A DNA stretch of 64,000 bases, from NCBI GenBank assembly GCA_951406725.2, contig OX597826.1, forward strand, positions 26,164,001 through 26,228,000, given 5' to 3'. The position numbers and the translations under genes were made by a program. Below, in pieces: positions 41,037-54,545 of this stretch. How positions within the stretch are numbered: position 1 is the stretch's first letter; the number at the start of each line of letters is the position of its first letter. The DNA comes from Octopus vulgaris (taxonomy: Eukaryota). The notes under the pieces were generated by a model. The model made no database searches and was not told the origin of the DNA. It saw only the letters and a list, made by a program, of their open reading frames with translations.

Positions 41037-41485
41037 TATATATAATATATATGTATAAGAAGGTCTTTTTACATTCTCTCTTTTGATTTCCAATTGTTCC
41101 ATTCTGTTTAAGAGCGTAAGCTCGAAGCATAAGTCTCACCTTCTCGAGCGTTAAACTAAAACACCTATTTATTATTTACACATCTGCCTTCGTCTTCTGT
41201 TTTTTTTTTTGTAAATTCCAACTATACACACACACATATATGTATACGCTTTTGAAAAGCAGTAAAAATATCACGGAAATTGTTACTCAGAGTTTCACAT
41301 TCCCGTTCGTCGTACAGTTTTGTTTAGAAGGGAACAAAAATAAGGTTATAAGAAACAATTTACAATTAGTTTAATAGATACACATTTGAAAATGGTTTTG
41401 TTTCATTGGTCCTTTCAAGTAACTATCTCGTTCATGACAGTTGTATGCAATGAACAAATTGCGGTATATAATATTCTTACTATAA
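39830..41485 (+). repeat. Segmental duplication, copy 1 (copy 2 at 44830-46270)
   Basis: Colinear near-identical sequence that includes a SINE C and unique DNA. Copy 1 has an extra insert at 40725-40822 inside a (TA)n tract. Confidence 0.9.
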
Positions 41486-41607
41486 AAGCGTTATCTTATT
41501 TTTAAAAGGAATTATTTTGAGGTTCTTTACAGAATTCATGGCAGACAGCTTCTCTTTCTCATCGAAGCTGGAGGCTTGCTACATTCATTTCTCTCTCTCC
41601 GTCTCTC

Positions 41608-41646
<39 letters not shown>

Positions 41647-41900
41647 ATTCCTCCAGAATAGTGCAAGGAGGTAAAATAGTCTGACATTGTTTTTCTCTTT
41701 CACTGAGATCTATCGTCACTGCTTGGATTAATGCTTTCGTATGCAGCAATTTAAAAGCTAATTCCTTAAAACATTTGCTTTTCTCCTTATCAACTTGAGA
41801 CGTTTGTTTGTATGCTTATATAGACGCATTCAAATTGGCTTTCTAGGTTCAGAATAGCAACAATAATTATGATGGGGTTGTCAGCGACTAAACCATATAT

Positions 41901-41951
<51 letters not shown>

Positions 41952-42580
41952 TACGACGGGCTTCTTTTAGTTTCCATCTACCAAATCCATTCACAAGGCT
42001 TTGGTCGGCCCGATGCTATAGTAGAAGACGCACACATTCTAATCACATCTCCATAAGTGCTGGAATTATGTCCTTTTAATGTGAAGTAGCGGCTCGAGCT
42101 AGACTCGTTGACCTCTCAGCTAGATACCCTGTCAAGTAACGTTATCCCACAGAAATTTCGGAGGAACCATATTTCGGCCACTTGAATTCCCGATCGGACA
42201 TTTACGGCTATTACCTCCAAAAGTTTATTATATATCGCTTACGAGCCATTTCATTACAGTTGATAACATAAAGGTGTTTCACTACTGTTACAAAAACACT
42301 TCAATTTGTTTTAAAATAATTCTTGAGTCTGTGATATAAAACGGATCCAGAGAGTCGGATTATTGTAGCAAACATTCATAGGTTCTAATGGTGTAACTAA
42401 CTCAATGCCAATATATTCAAATCTACGTATCACCAGAGTTAATGATTATAATATAATATATGAAATTATAATTGAGGATAACTACGATACCATCGTGTAA
42501 GAAATGGCAGTTAAAATAAGTTTTTTATTCTCATGCTGGCTACTTGATATGTTCGTTATTTTATATAACGGTCTTTATAT

Positions 42581-42648
<68 letters not shown>

Positions 42649-43392
42649 AAAGCAATTAAGATTCAAGTCAATTCTAATGAATTCACTTGAATATGGTACT
42701 TAACTTAGATGCACCAGAAAACTATATGGTGTTAACCAATACAGTAGTGTGGGGTGATTATAAACGAGAAAAGAAGCAACAAGAATGGATTAGTTTTTTG
42801 TACAATTGTTTCATACAAAGACAGGCTTTATTAAAAGTTGCAAATATTGCAGCAGATAAAAGTGTCCCGTACTCATCAGCTAAAATACATATGAGTTCTC
42901 TAAACATCTTAGTGGGTGAGGCTACACTCATGAAGTATTGGAGATAATTTCATTATTTCAGTAATGTGGCAAATACCTTATAATATAGCATGAAATTATA
43001 CTCACCTCATTGTGGATTAACCATGGATAAATTCATCGTCTGTGAGTATGAAATACCTCCTCATATCTCTGGAAATTTACACCTACACTATGGATGGATT
43101 AAACTTCTCTGTGAAACTAATAAGCTTTTTTAAAACCTGTGATAAGACTGTGCATCATCATTAAAGAACTTTGGAAGTCTGTTTACAACCTGAATCTGCT
43201 TTTAATGAAATTATCTCCAATACTTCATGAGTGTAGCCTAACCCACTAAGATGTTTAGAGAACTCATATGTATTTTAGCTGATGAGTACGGGACACTTTT
43301 ATCTGCTGCAATATTTGCAACTTTTAATAAAGCCTGTCTTTGTATGAAACAATTGTACTAAAAACTAATCCATTCTTGTTGCTTCTTTTCTC

Positions 43393-43465
<73 letters not shown>

Positions 43466-43935
43466 AGTATGTATATATATGTATATATATGTATATATAC
43501 TAGCTGACATTCCCGGGAATTCCCGGGAAAGTGGGGATTATCCCCTGGTTCCGTTCTCATAATTGTTTCGGTAATCCAATAACAACAATATGAAATATGT
43601 AGTCCTCAAAACGATTTTTGCGCATTTAAAGAGAACAGCGAACTATCTTACACATGATCTTGTTTTTAGGAATTCCCAATAAGTTATGAATACCTAAATT
43701 GTGAAGTCAGTTATGTTATAACATGAAATTTGTTACCCGATAGTAAGAATTCAAATAAAGTAGCCCCGAAAATAGCTTTAATGCATTCCCAGAGTATACA
43801 GAACTTAGAAGGAAATATTAATATTGTATGTATACCTAAATTGTGAAGATTTTACATAATCAGATATGGGATAAATTACAATTCAAGGTAAATAACTCTG
43901 AAGAGGGCTTTTGTGCGTTACCAGACAATATTACC
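41486..43935 (+). repeat. Condensed duplicate of 33735-38712
   Basis: 41486-41895 matches 33735-34122, 41945-42580 matches 36080-36718, and 43497-43935 matches 38275-38712. Confidence 0.85.
42646..43393 (-). mobile_element. Non-coding PLE-like element with HHR motifs on both strands (42795-42885 minus; 43273-43363 plus)
   Basis: TTTTAG CTGATGA GTAC..long stem..GTAT GAAA CAATTG TA CTAAAA. 43207-43393 is the reverse complement of 42763-42950. Both flanks are (TA)n. Confidence 0.8.
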
Positions 43936-44389
43936 CTGAGCGGCGCTAGTGTCGGTATACTTGTGAATAATTCACTAATCGAAATATGTGGATCTATTGT
44001 TTAGGAAAAAACTATTTACTTGTTTAAGGGTTGTACTGGATAAATTGCAAAAATAACTCTAACAGTTTAAATACTAAGAAATAAGCATGATCAAGTTAAT
44101 TTATACCAAATGATTTAGAAAAATGAATTGGTTATTTCCCTTGCCTGGTAAAATTTGGGCGAATGGGTTATTCTCCTTGGCTGTTATAATGAAATATATT
44201 AGATATATATATATATAAGGATCCCTTCCAAGGGCTCTATTGTCAACGTTTCAACAAGTCGAGTATGCCATGAGGTTTTCAGGCATGAGATCCGCTCACG
44301 TGTCAAGTTTCATCAAATTCGAAAAAACGATGTAGGGGATTTAGCTAACAACTCCACAAAACCCACAGACAGCATTTACCACATATGTA

Positions 44390-44395
<6 letters not shown>
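43497..44395 (+). mobile_element. HINE/DINE-1-like non-autonomous Helentron-type element
   Basis: Starts TACTAGCTGAC..TTCCCGGGAATTCCCGGGAA (short palindrome) and ends ACAGACAGCATTT..TATAT. A 5' partial copy lies at 38275-38712. The classification rests on terminal structure only. Confidence 0.5.
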
Positions 44396-44438
<43 letters not shown>

Positions 44439-44787
44439 GATAGAGAGAGATGGGTATTCCTTTATTTCGTCTGTTACTTATGTTTCAGCTTTCTGTGATA
44501 TATAATTTCACTCTGTAAGTGTGCTTCTTAGAGATACATTTTTAAGGACTGCGTGCGTAACGCTGGTGTGCATTTGGTAATTTTTAAATTTTTATTTTTA
44601 TTCATGGATGTGATCTTACATATTCCTGGGTTGTTGATTTTAAAGTTCTCAACCATTTTGCTGTCACATAAGGATTTTCGACAAAATATAAATTTATGAT
44701 AATGAATGAAAATTGAGACTTTTAAATAAATTGCTACTCTGTTAAAATGCAGCAATATATACATATATTTATATATATATATGTATA

Positions 44788-44837
<50 letters not shown>

Positions 44838-45217
44838 GTATTTGGCACGCTATCGTAGAGTTGCGAGTTCGGTTGACGGTAGCCCGTCGTGTCCTCGTGC
44901 AAGACACTTTATTTCACGGTGCTCCGGTCCATTCAGCTGGCAAAAATGAGTTCTACCTGTATTTCAAGGAGCTAGCTGTATTACATTCTCTGTCACGCTG
45001 AATCCCTTTGAGAAGTATGTGAAGGGGTACACGTGTATGCGGAGTGCTCAGCCATTTGCGTGTTAATCTCACGGGGCAAGCTGTTCTGTTGATCGGGTTC
45101 AGCTGGAACCATCGTCGTAGTAAGTGACGGAGTACCATTTTATATGTATTATAAGGGAATAGTTAGTACGAAGCATTGTGTGGAATATAGTTAAATAATA
45201 TTTAATCTCGAATAACT

Positions 45218-45262
<45 letters not shown>

Positions 45263-45581
45263 AGAGAGAGAGAGAGCCAGTGAGGGAGGGATTATGTGAG
45301 AGAGAGAGAGAGAGAGATACACGCACACACTTAAATCGGCTTGATAAGAACACGGATCTGAATGTTGTTCTCATTCTCATAGACACAGCATTGTTTTACA
45401 ATAAATAACATATAAATGAATATCTTTGTTTTTTTTTTATGATTCTGTAAGAAGGAGCACCTCTCACACAATAGTCATATAAGTGTTTATTTTTTCCTTG
45501 CATTTTCCGGTACAATCCGAAAGAATTTCCATTGAACATGGAAATAGACCTTCTTATGCATACACACACACGCATACATAC

Positions 45582-45633
<52 letters not shown>

Positions 45634-45748
45634 TTAAAATGAGGGCGGAAAATTGGATATTAATCTGATAACATCGATTTAACACCAGTGGTGTAGCATA
45701 TTGAAAAAACTGAAGGTCCAGTAAACTGCATTCCCTCATATATATATA

Positions 45749-45819
<71 letters not shown>

Positions 45820-46937
45820 TACATATATATATATATGTATAAGAAGGTCTTTTTACATTCTCTCTTTTGATTTCCAATTGTTCCATTCTGTTTAAGAGCG
45901 TAATCTCGAAAAATAAGTCTACCCTTCCCGAGCGTTAAACTAAAACACCTATTTATTATTTACACATCTGCCTTCGTCTTCTGTTTTTTTGTTTTGTAAA
46001 TTCCAACTATACACACACACATATATGTATACGCTTTTGAAAAGCAGTAAAAATATCACGGAAATTGTTACTCAGAGTTTCACATTCCCGTTCGTCGTAC
46101 AGTTTTGTTTAGAAGGGAACAAAAATAAGGTTATAAGAAACAATATGCAATTAGTTTAATGGATACACATTTGAAAATGGTTTTGTTTCATTGGTCCTTC
46201 CAAGTAACTATCTCGTTCATAACAGTTGTATGCAATGAACAAATTGCGGTATAAAAACATCTTACTATAAAAAACATTCGAAGAAAATCCTAAATAAAAA
46301 ATAGCTTATAAAGAAGGGCAGAACCTGAATACCCAGGGTAATTAATTATCTGTAAAATATTAATCAGTTTATACATCAAATGTTATATCCATTTTAAAAA
46401 AATCGTTGGATTAAATATACATTTAACATTATTTACGCATACCAAACCATCTATAATATACATATATACAGTAAACATGCAGACGCATGTACATAGCTAC
46501 ATATATATACAGACATATATAAATATATATACAAATATAAATATATATACAAATGCATATATATGTATGTACGACACAAACACGCCGCGCATAAAATCTC
46601 CTGGCTTATGCTTATACTAGTTGTTACATGCAAAAGAATGAGAAGGAACAAATCAGAAAATATTAAGTATGGCGGGTCGGAAGAAAATATTGGAAAAAAA
46701 GAAAAAAGAAAAAGAAATAAAAGAAAGAGAAACAGAAAACTAGAGATAAAGAGAAAATAGATAGGGATAAAGAGTATAACATCATGGCGTTCGAAAGTAT
46801 CTAAAGATAATTAGACACTGCGTTTAGCTTGCGCAACGGACACATAAAAATGTACACATGAAATTATATGTATATCTATATAGGCACAAAACACACATAC
46901 AAATATACACATATATAGATACGCATACAAATATACT

Positions 46938-47340
46938 AAAACTAGCAGTATAGCCCAGCGTTGCTCGGGCTTGTTTTCTTTTTGACCCTTTAGAATTAGA
47001 ATTTTTGAAAAGTAAAAATTTTGTATTATGTAGCTTGTTATTCTCTTTAAGTGAACATTTTTCTGGTTGAAATACACCGAAAAATGACAATACAGCAGTC
47101 AAAAAATCGTAAAAAATAGGGATTTTCCTGGAGAAAAAAGCACCTTTTTGATGTAAATAATTTTTAGTGTTAACATGGTCCGATTTGAATTTTTTCTTCT
47201 ACGGAAGGAAAAGCAAGCTTCTTCTTATCATACTCTCAATTTTGGTCAACTTGCGCCTCAGGGTTTCGGAGGAGATAGTGTTATTTGAAGGCTACCAAAC
47301 ATGCCATACACAGACAACTTCAGCTTTATAAATATAGATA
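46938..47340 (+). mobile_element. HINE/DINE-1-like element
   Basis: Starts ACTAGCAGTATAGCCCAGCGTTGCTCGGG and ends CACAGACAACTTCAGCTTTATAAATATAGA. Confidence 0.5.
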
Positions 47341-47515
47341 TAAAAGCAAATACATGCCCACACATATACAAGTACACACACACATATATAGACATTCATA
47401 TATGTATGCATATACATATATATATGTATATAAATATATTCATATATATATTTCGTTTTTGGATTTGGTTTGCAAGATTCTTTAAATGAGTTCGTGTGTT
47501 GAAGCATATTCTGTT

Positions 47516-47736
47516 GTGTCAGGGGAGAGTCATTCTCTTTTAGCGCCTTATTATTTAACACACTCACCGGTAAAATTTCAACTTATTTTTAGTTTCTAAA
47601 GAGAGTCAAGACTATTGAAAAGGTTGCAAGACGCAAAGAAAATTTTAGAAAATAGAAATAAGAAATAAGTGGAAATTTTACCGGTGAGAGTGTTAAATAA
47701 TAAGGCACTAAAAGAGAATGACTCTCCCCAGACACA
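47516..47736. repeat. Inverted repeat with arms of about 70 bp
   Basis: TGTGTCAGGGGAGAGTCATTCTC...ACTTATTT (47516-47588) pairs with AAATAAGT...GAGAATGACTCTCCCCAGACACA (47662-47736). Confidence 0.8.
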
Positions 47737-47756
47737 ACATTCATATATATGTATAT

Positions 47757-48945
47757 ACTAGCATTAAAGACCCGTCGTTGCCGGGTCATAGTGCTAGTGC
47801 ATGTATATATGTGTGTATATGTGTATATATATGTGTACATATTACATGTACATCTATATATATACATCTACACATAAAATACAAAATACAAAGTTATATC
47901 TTGATATCGCTAGTGATAACAATACTCAAAATATATAACAGACTGGAATTGTTAGCCCGTCTCTTGTATTTCGATCAATTGTATCTTGTCCCCCCTCTTG
48001 TATAGACGTGTTGCTACAATCCAGCCTACCTCTACTTCTGGGGGGGGGGGGGGCATTAAAAATTTTTTCCGGGACTTCCTACGTCCCAGATATAAAGGTA
48101 AAAATGGAATATTTCCACTTTGCAAGTTCGAGTCGAGTACTCCCTTGCACGCTCCGTTGACTCGAACCTTGCTTCTATTGTGACCAATTTACCGCCTCTG
48201 GTTAGATATCTTTCATTGACGCACCAAGACACTTTTCGATGGTGCTTTGCTCCAGGAGTTCAAATCTTTTTTCTCTACATTGTATACTTTATAGACAATA
48301 GTCTTTTCTTTAATTTAATTTTTTATTATCCATCTGGACTATTCCATTTCTGCACGCTAATTTTATTTTCAATTTATTCCCATTCATGTGAAACCACTTA
48401 TTCAAGTTCAAGTCATTGATGCAATTTTATACCAATTGCTATTTTTACTTTTGTTATGTTACAATTATGTTATACTTTAGTTTGATTTTAATTATTACTT
48501 ACTACATATAATTCAATTGTTATTATTATTTTTATTGTTAAAGGAAAAGTATCTGACATAAAATGTTTTTATTTCACTTTTAACACGTAATACTGAAATA
48601 GTAGAGAAGATATGATATTGCTATGGGCTCACTCTAGGCAAGAATTTGAACATTTTTTTCTGCCCATGAAACTTCATGGACCCTAAGTAAGGCATGTGTA
48701 AATTTTAAATGAAATTGGTTGTGTAGTTCTCAAGCTTTAGGGAATCGTAGTGGAGAAGATATGATATTGCTGTGGGCTCGCCCTAGGCAAAAAGTAAAAA
48801 ATTTATTTTGCCGATGACACCCCCCGGCACCTAAGTAAGGCATGTGTAAAATTTGAATGAAATTGGTTGTGTAGTTCTCAAGTTTTAGGGAAACACACGG
48901 ACAGACAGACAGACAGACACACATTCTCAGTTTTATATATATAAA
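47757..48945 (+). mobile_element. HINE/DINE-1-like element with an internal tandem repeat of about 150 bp
   Basis: Starts with the hairpin ACTAGCATTAAAGACCCGTCGTTGCCGGGTCATAGTGCTAGT. 48600-48745 resembles 48748-48892. Ends (ACAG)n..TCTCAGTTTTATATATATAAAGAT. Confidence 0.55.
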
Positions 48946-48946
48946 G

Positions 48947-48983
<37 letters not shown>

Positions 48984-49149
48984 CATATATATATATGCAC
49001 ATACACACACATTTTACGCACACAGACATATGCATATACATACACATACATACCTATAATACATACATACACATAAATATATAGAAACATATCTTCATAT
49101 CAAGATAAATATATACATCATAATGTTTAACTATTTAAAAGAAACTGTC

Positions 49150-49950
49150 CGGTGTAAATAATATTAAAACGTAAAAATTTGAAAAACTGTACATTAATTT
49201 GATATAACATAATTAAATACGTGAGTAAACAACAAAAACGAACCTTGGCGAAGCTAAAGCTTTAATTTGTAAAACAGTTGAAAGCTTTCTTAAAAACACT
49301 AGCATTGCAATGCAAAGTAACTATAACGTGTAAAGTCAAATTCAAATGCGACAGTCAAAAGAATATTTCGAAAGTCAAAACATTTTACCCATACGGTATT
49401 TTGTCGGTTGACATTTGAAACTTTACGGCGTGCCTGCAGGAATTTAAGAGCTCGCGCCTCTGGTTTAAAGCATTTTAATCCTGGAACATGATGAAGAACT
49501 TTCCTGAGAGTAGAGTATTACCTTTCATAGGTCTTTTATAAACTCCATGTCTGTATGCTGATGCTTTTTCTAGAATTTCTGCGGTTACATTGAAAGGACG
49601 GGTGTCATTATCTTTCAATACCCAGACATGCTTTGCAAGACTATTCGCTGCCCTATTCTCGGGGTATGGGAAAGAATTTCGGTGGGAATAGAATCGCATC
49701 TTGAATGAATTTTCCGAAGCCCCTGTATATTCTTGCGAGACATCTATTTGCATTTAGGCTCTATAAACAATTCCTTTTTCAAGACATCTACCTTCCAACG
49801 GACAGCAAGTCACATCTTTGAAGTTGCAGTTCCTCAGATAAGATTCGGGTCTGTAGTTGTCTGTAAAAATTTTCGTGTCATGCTGGCTAACAAAAGAGGC
49901 GAAGCTTTTATAACAAAAATAATTTGCAGTGTTCTCCTATCAAATGTCTA
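49150..49950 (-). pseudogene. Decayed Penelope-like GIY-YIG fragment
   Basis: Encodes CNFKD.TCC.PL.G.CL...VY followed by EYTGASENSFKMRFYSHRNSF...NSLAKHVWVLKD....EILEKASAY, with frameshifts. Confidence 0.7.
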
Positions 49951-50166
49951 ATTTAATTTTCTGCTTCTCTTTCTTTTATTTCTTTTCCTTTTTTCTTTTT
50001 TCCACTGTTTTCTCCCCACCATATTTAATATTTCCTGATTTGTTCCTTCTCTTTCTTTCGCATGTAACAACTAGTATAAGCATACGCCAGGAGATTTTCT
50101 GCCTGTGCGTGTGTGTGCGTACATACATGCATGCATTTGTATAAAAATTTGTCTTGCTTACATATG

Positions 50167-50213
<47 letters not shown>

Positions 50214-50634
50214 AGCTATGTACATGCGTCTGTATGTTTTGTCTATATATGTATATTACAGATGGTTTGGTATGTGTATATACTGCTAGACGTATATGTA
50301 ATCCAACGTGATTTTTTTTTTAAACGGATATAAATTTAATGTATTAATTGATTAATATTGTACAGATAATTTTTTACCCTGGGTATTCAGGCTCTGCTCT
50401 TCTTTATAAGCTATTTTCGATTTAAGATATGCTTGTTTTTTTTTTGTTAAATAATAAGATCATGTTTTCATACTGCAGTTTGTTCATTTGATGCAACTGG
50501 AAACGTAAAACTCTGAATAACAGTTTTTGTGATATTTTTACTGTTTTTTAATAGAGCATATTACTCTACCTCTGGTATTTGAGTACTATTTTTACCACCT
50601 TGTTCCGTATTTATGCACTTACTCTGGTGTATGC

Positions 50635-50706
<72 letters not shown>

Positions 50707-50733
50707 ATGTATATATATATGTATATATGTATG

Positions 50734-50793
<60 letters not shown>

Positions 50794-50909
50794 TATATAT
50801 ATCACCGTGACCGACCAGGCTATCAGATGTTGCTACACATCGCTGGTCACAATGCGCTTCGCATTGTTTTAGCCTTCAAATGACGCCACCCCGCTGGCTA
50901 AGCGAGCAA

Positions 50910-51015
<106 letters not shown>

Positions 51016-51034
51016 TATATATAAATATATAAAA

Positions 51035-52475
51035 TTCCTGGGTAAGACTGGAACAATGCGAAATAAATCCAACGTAAGTCACAAGAAAGTAGGCTTATAA
51101 ATTAATGGTGACTTATCCTGCATTCAATACTTTAGGGTTATGAGCCCCTCTTCAGGAATTAGCGAATATTGCAGATGTACACGTGTCGAATATTGTCAGT
51201 GTGTTGTGATTTTTCAATAAGTGATATTAAGAATGTGTTGAGAGCATCTTACATGATGGTATATTAGTGTTTTCTTAGTAATGTACTTGCGTATGAACAT
51301 GCGAGAGGTTTTGAAGCAATTTTGTTTAAAACATTCTTGTAGGTGTGTATTCCTTGAAAGTGCACAAAGAAAAACAAGAAATGCAGTGAAGTGACCGACA
51401 ATGGCACCAACTCCAAGCAGTTCGTCAGAGATCTGTCTCTGAATGGGTACCCAGTGCTTTCTAAAGCTACCACATGCTAATGACAGAACTACTGCTGCGA
51501 TACAACATGCAGTCCGCAAGGAGGGACTCGGCATACAGATAATACACACCGGTCTATCCTTGAGAAAACTTCTGAACTTTTTTCACAACATCGAGGAGTG
51601 TGCATTATCAAATTGCCCTATCAAGGGCCTCAAAATGTGCCCGAGAGCTATGTTGTATACGAGGTCAGCTGCGGCAAATGTGGCGCATCTTACATAGGCC
51701 GTGAAGAAACATCTACGAAACTGCGAGACCCGAGAGTTCACAGTGCACATCAGAGCAACATAGTGCAACAGAGGCAACCTTAGAATCTCCGAAGCCATAT
51801 TCTTTTCTAAACTAAGCACAAAGCCCAAACTTTTGCGGGGGGTGGGGCACGCGATTAAGTCGACCCCAGAACGTAAGTGGTACTTAAGTTATCAACCCCG
51901 AAAGGATGAAAGGCAAAATCGACCTCGGCGGAATTTGAATTCAGAACGTAAACACAGACGAAATACCTATTTCTTTACTACCCACAAGGGGCTAAACACA
52001 GAGACGACAAACAAGGACAGACAAAGGGATTAAGTCGATTATATCAACCCCAGTGCGTAACTGCTACTTAATTTATCGACCCGGAAAGGATGAAAGGCAA
52101 AGTCGACCTCGGCGGAATTTGAACTCAGAACGTAGCGGCAGATGAAATACGGCTACGCATTTCGCCCGGCGTGTTAACGATTCTGCCAGCACGCCGCCTT
52201 TCTCCGAAGCCATATTAATACACCAACGGAAGCAGACTATCAACAACAGAAGAGACTTACATGAAGCTAGCTGGTTCCAATTGCAACAATCTTCTACCCA
52301 TGTCTATTCTCCACATACACACATGCATCTACATCTACAACATTCGCTACTTCCTGAAGAGGGGTCAAAATCTCGAAATATTGAGTGGAAGATAAGTCAC
52401 CATTAATTCTGATCACTGTTTTCTTGTGATTTACCTTGCATTTATTTCGTATTGTTCCGGCGTTAACCACGAATT
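51035..52475 (+). mobile_element. Decayed Penelope-like element: GIY-YIG remnant, inverted terminal segment, two nested SINE B copies
   Basis: Encodes FLKLP...LRKLL..CALSNCPI..MC and, after a frameshift, VVYEVSCGKCGASYIG. 51035-51168 is the diverged reverse complement of 52342-52475, and both contain CTGAAGA-GGGG HHR remnants. SINE B copies lie at 51850-52200(-). Confidence 0.7.
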
Positions 52476-52494
52476 ATATATATATATATATATT

Positions 52495-52905
52495 GGCGTA
52501 GGAATGGCTGTGTAGTAAGTAGCTTGCTTACCTACCACATGGTTTCGGGTTCAGTCCCACTGCGTGGCACCTTAGGCAAGTGTGTTCTGCTATAACTTCG
52601 GGCCGACTAAAGGCTTGTGAGTGAATTTGGTAGACGGAAACTGAAAGAAGCCCGTCGTATATATGTATATATATGTACGTGTGAGTATATGTTTGCGTAT
52701 CTGTGTTTGTCCCCCCCGCAACATCGCTTGACAAACGATGCTGGTGTGTTTACGTCCCCGTAACACAGCGGTTCAGCAAAAGGGACCGATAGAATATGTA
52801 CCAGGCTTACAAAGAATAAGTCCTGGGGGCGATTTGCTCGACTAGAGGCAGTGCTCCAGCATGGCCACAGTCAAATGACTGAAACGAGTAAAAGGGTAAA
52901 GAGTA
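52495..52905 (+). mobile_element. SINE family A
   Basis: Full-length match to 525-990. Confidence 0.8.
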
Positions 52906-52935
52906 TATACATACATACATACATACATACATACA

Positions 52936-52969
<34 letters not shown>

Positions 52970-52998
52970 CAGACACACACACACACACTTATATATAT

Positions 52999-53046
<48 letters not shown>

Positions 53047-53282
53047 CATAAGAAGGCCTATTTGCATATTCCATGGAAAATACTTGAGATTGTACCAGAA
53101 AAATATAACGTCAAAATAAAACACTTATGTGACTCTTATGTGAGAGGTGCTCCTATCAGAAGATATACAAAGATATGCATTAATATGTTTTTCATAAAAC
53201 AATGCTGTGTTTATTTGAATGAAACCACATTCAGGTCCGTGTTCTTATCAAGACGATCTAAGTGTGTGTGTGTATGTGTCTT

Positions 53283-53385
<103 letters not shown>

Positions 53386-53452
53386 CACCGTCTGCCTGTC
53401 TCGCTCTGTTTTTTTCTGACTGTCAGTCTCTTTCTCCCTCTCTCTCTCTTTC

Positions 53453-53485
<33 letters not shown>

Positions 53486-53504
53486 GTCTCTCTGTCTCTC
53501 TGTC

Positions 53505-53572
<68 letters not shown>

Positions 53573-53574
53573 AA

Positions 53575-54545
53575 TAACTATAAATAAGGGTATCTGAGAG
53601 ACACCACCATGCCGAAATAGCAGTCAAAATCCTGACTCTAAAAACCACCTAAAATGTTCATATCGCACCATGAGATAAGACAGAGAGATAAAATAAACTA
53701 GCAAAAAGATATTACTGGATAATTCAAGATCCTGGATTTCTAGCTTTGCTTCAAATAAGCTCTGCTTTCATCAGTTGAATATACCAGATGGGCGCATAAA
53801 TACAAATATAAATATACAGAACACACGTTTTGCTTACATATACGAAAGTCCATACATACATATATATGCACGTATGTACAAGGCCAGATTCAAATTGCTC
53901 GCCAACCACAAAATAGATACCACAGTGAATATAGTGACGAATTATATAAATTTATAAATAAGGATAATATCGATATTTAAATATCGATATTATCAAGTGG
54001 CCAGCATGGGAATAAATACCATACAAAGGTAATAATTTTCTACAACTATAAATAAGGGTATCTGAGAAACACCACCGTGCCGAAATAGCAGCCAACCACC
54101 TCGTAAGCGCCGGGTGGTTGGCGGGCAATTTGAATCTGGCCTTGTACATACGTGCATATATATGTATGTATGGACGTTCGTATATGTAAGTATAACATGT
54201 GTTCTGTATATTTATATTTGTATTTATGCGCCCATCTGGTATATTCAACTGATGAAAGCAGAGCTTATTTGAAGCAAAGCTAGAAATCCAGGATCTTGAA
54301 TTATCCAGTAATATCTTTTTGCTAGTTTATTTTGTCTCTCTGTCTTATCTCATGGTGCAATATGAACATTTTTGGTGGTTTTTAGAGTTAGGGCTTTGAC
54401 TGCTATTTCGGCATGGGGGTGTCTCTCAGATAACCTTATTTATAGTTGTAAAAATTATTACCTTTGTATGGTATTTATTCCCATGCTGGCCAGTTGATAA
54501 TATCGAAATTTTGATATCGATATTATCCTTATTTATAAATTTATA
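53575..54545 (+). mobile_element. Non-coding PLE-like element with two inverted segments and HHR motifs on both strands (54243-54301 plus; 53722-53780 minus)
   Basis: ATTCAA CTGATGA A-AGC..GCT-A GAAA TCC-A-GGA TC TTGAAT. 53575-53908 and 53945-54092 are reverse complements of 54115-54449 and 54400-54547. Confidence 0.8.

Noticed and set aside
41277-41320. Minus-strand HHR-like motif ACGACGA-AC..GT-GAAA-CTCTGAG-TA (copy at about 46062-46105)
   Set aside because: The scaffold is visible but core positions 3-4 are broken. I counted it only as a decayed remnant, not as a ribozyme.
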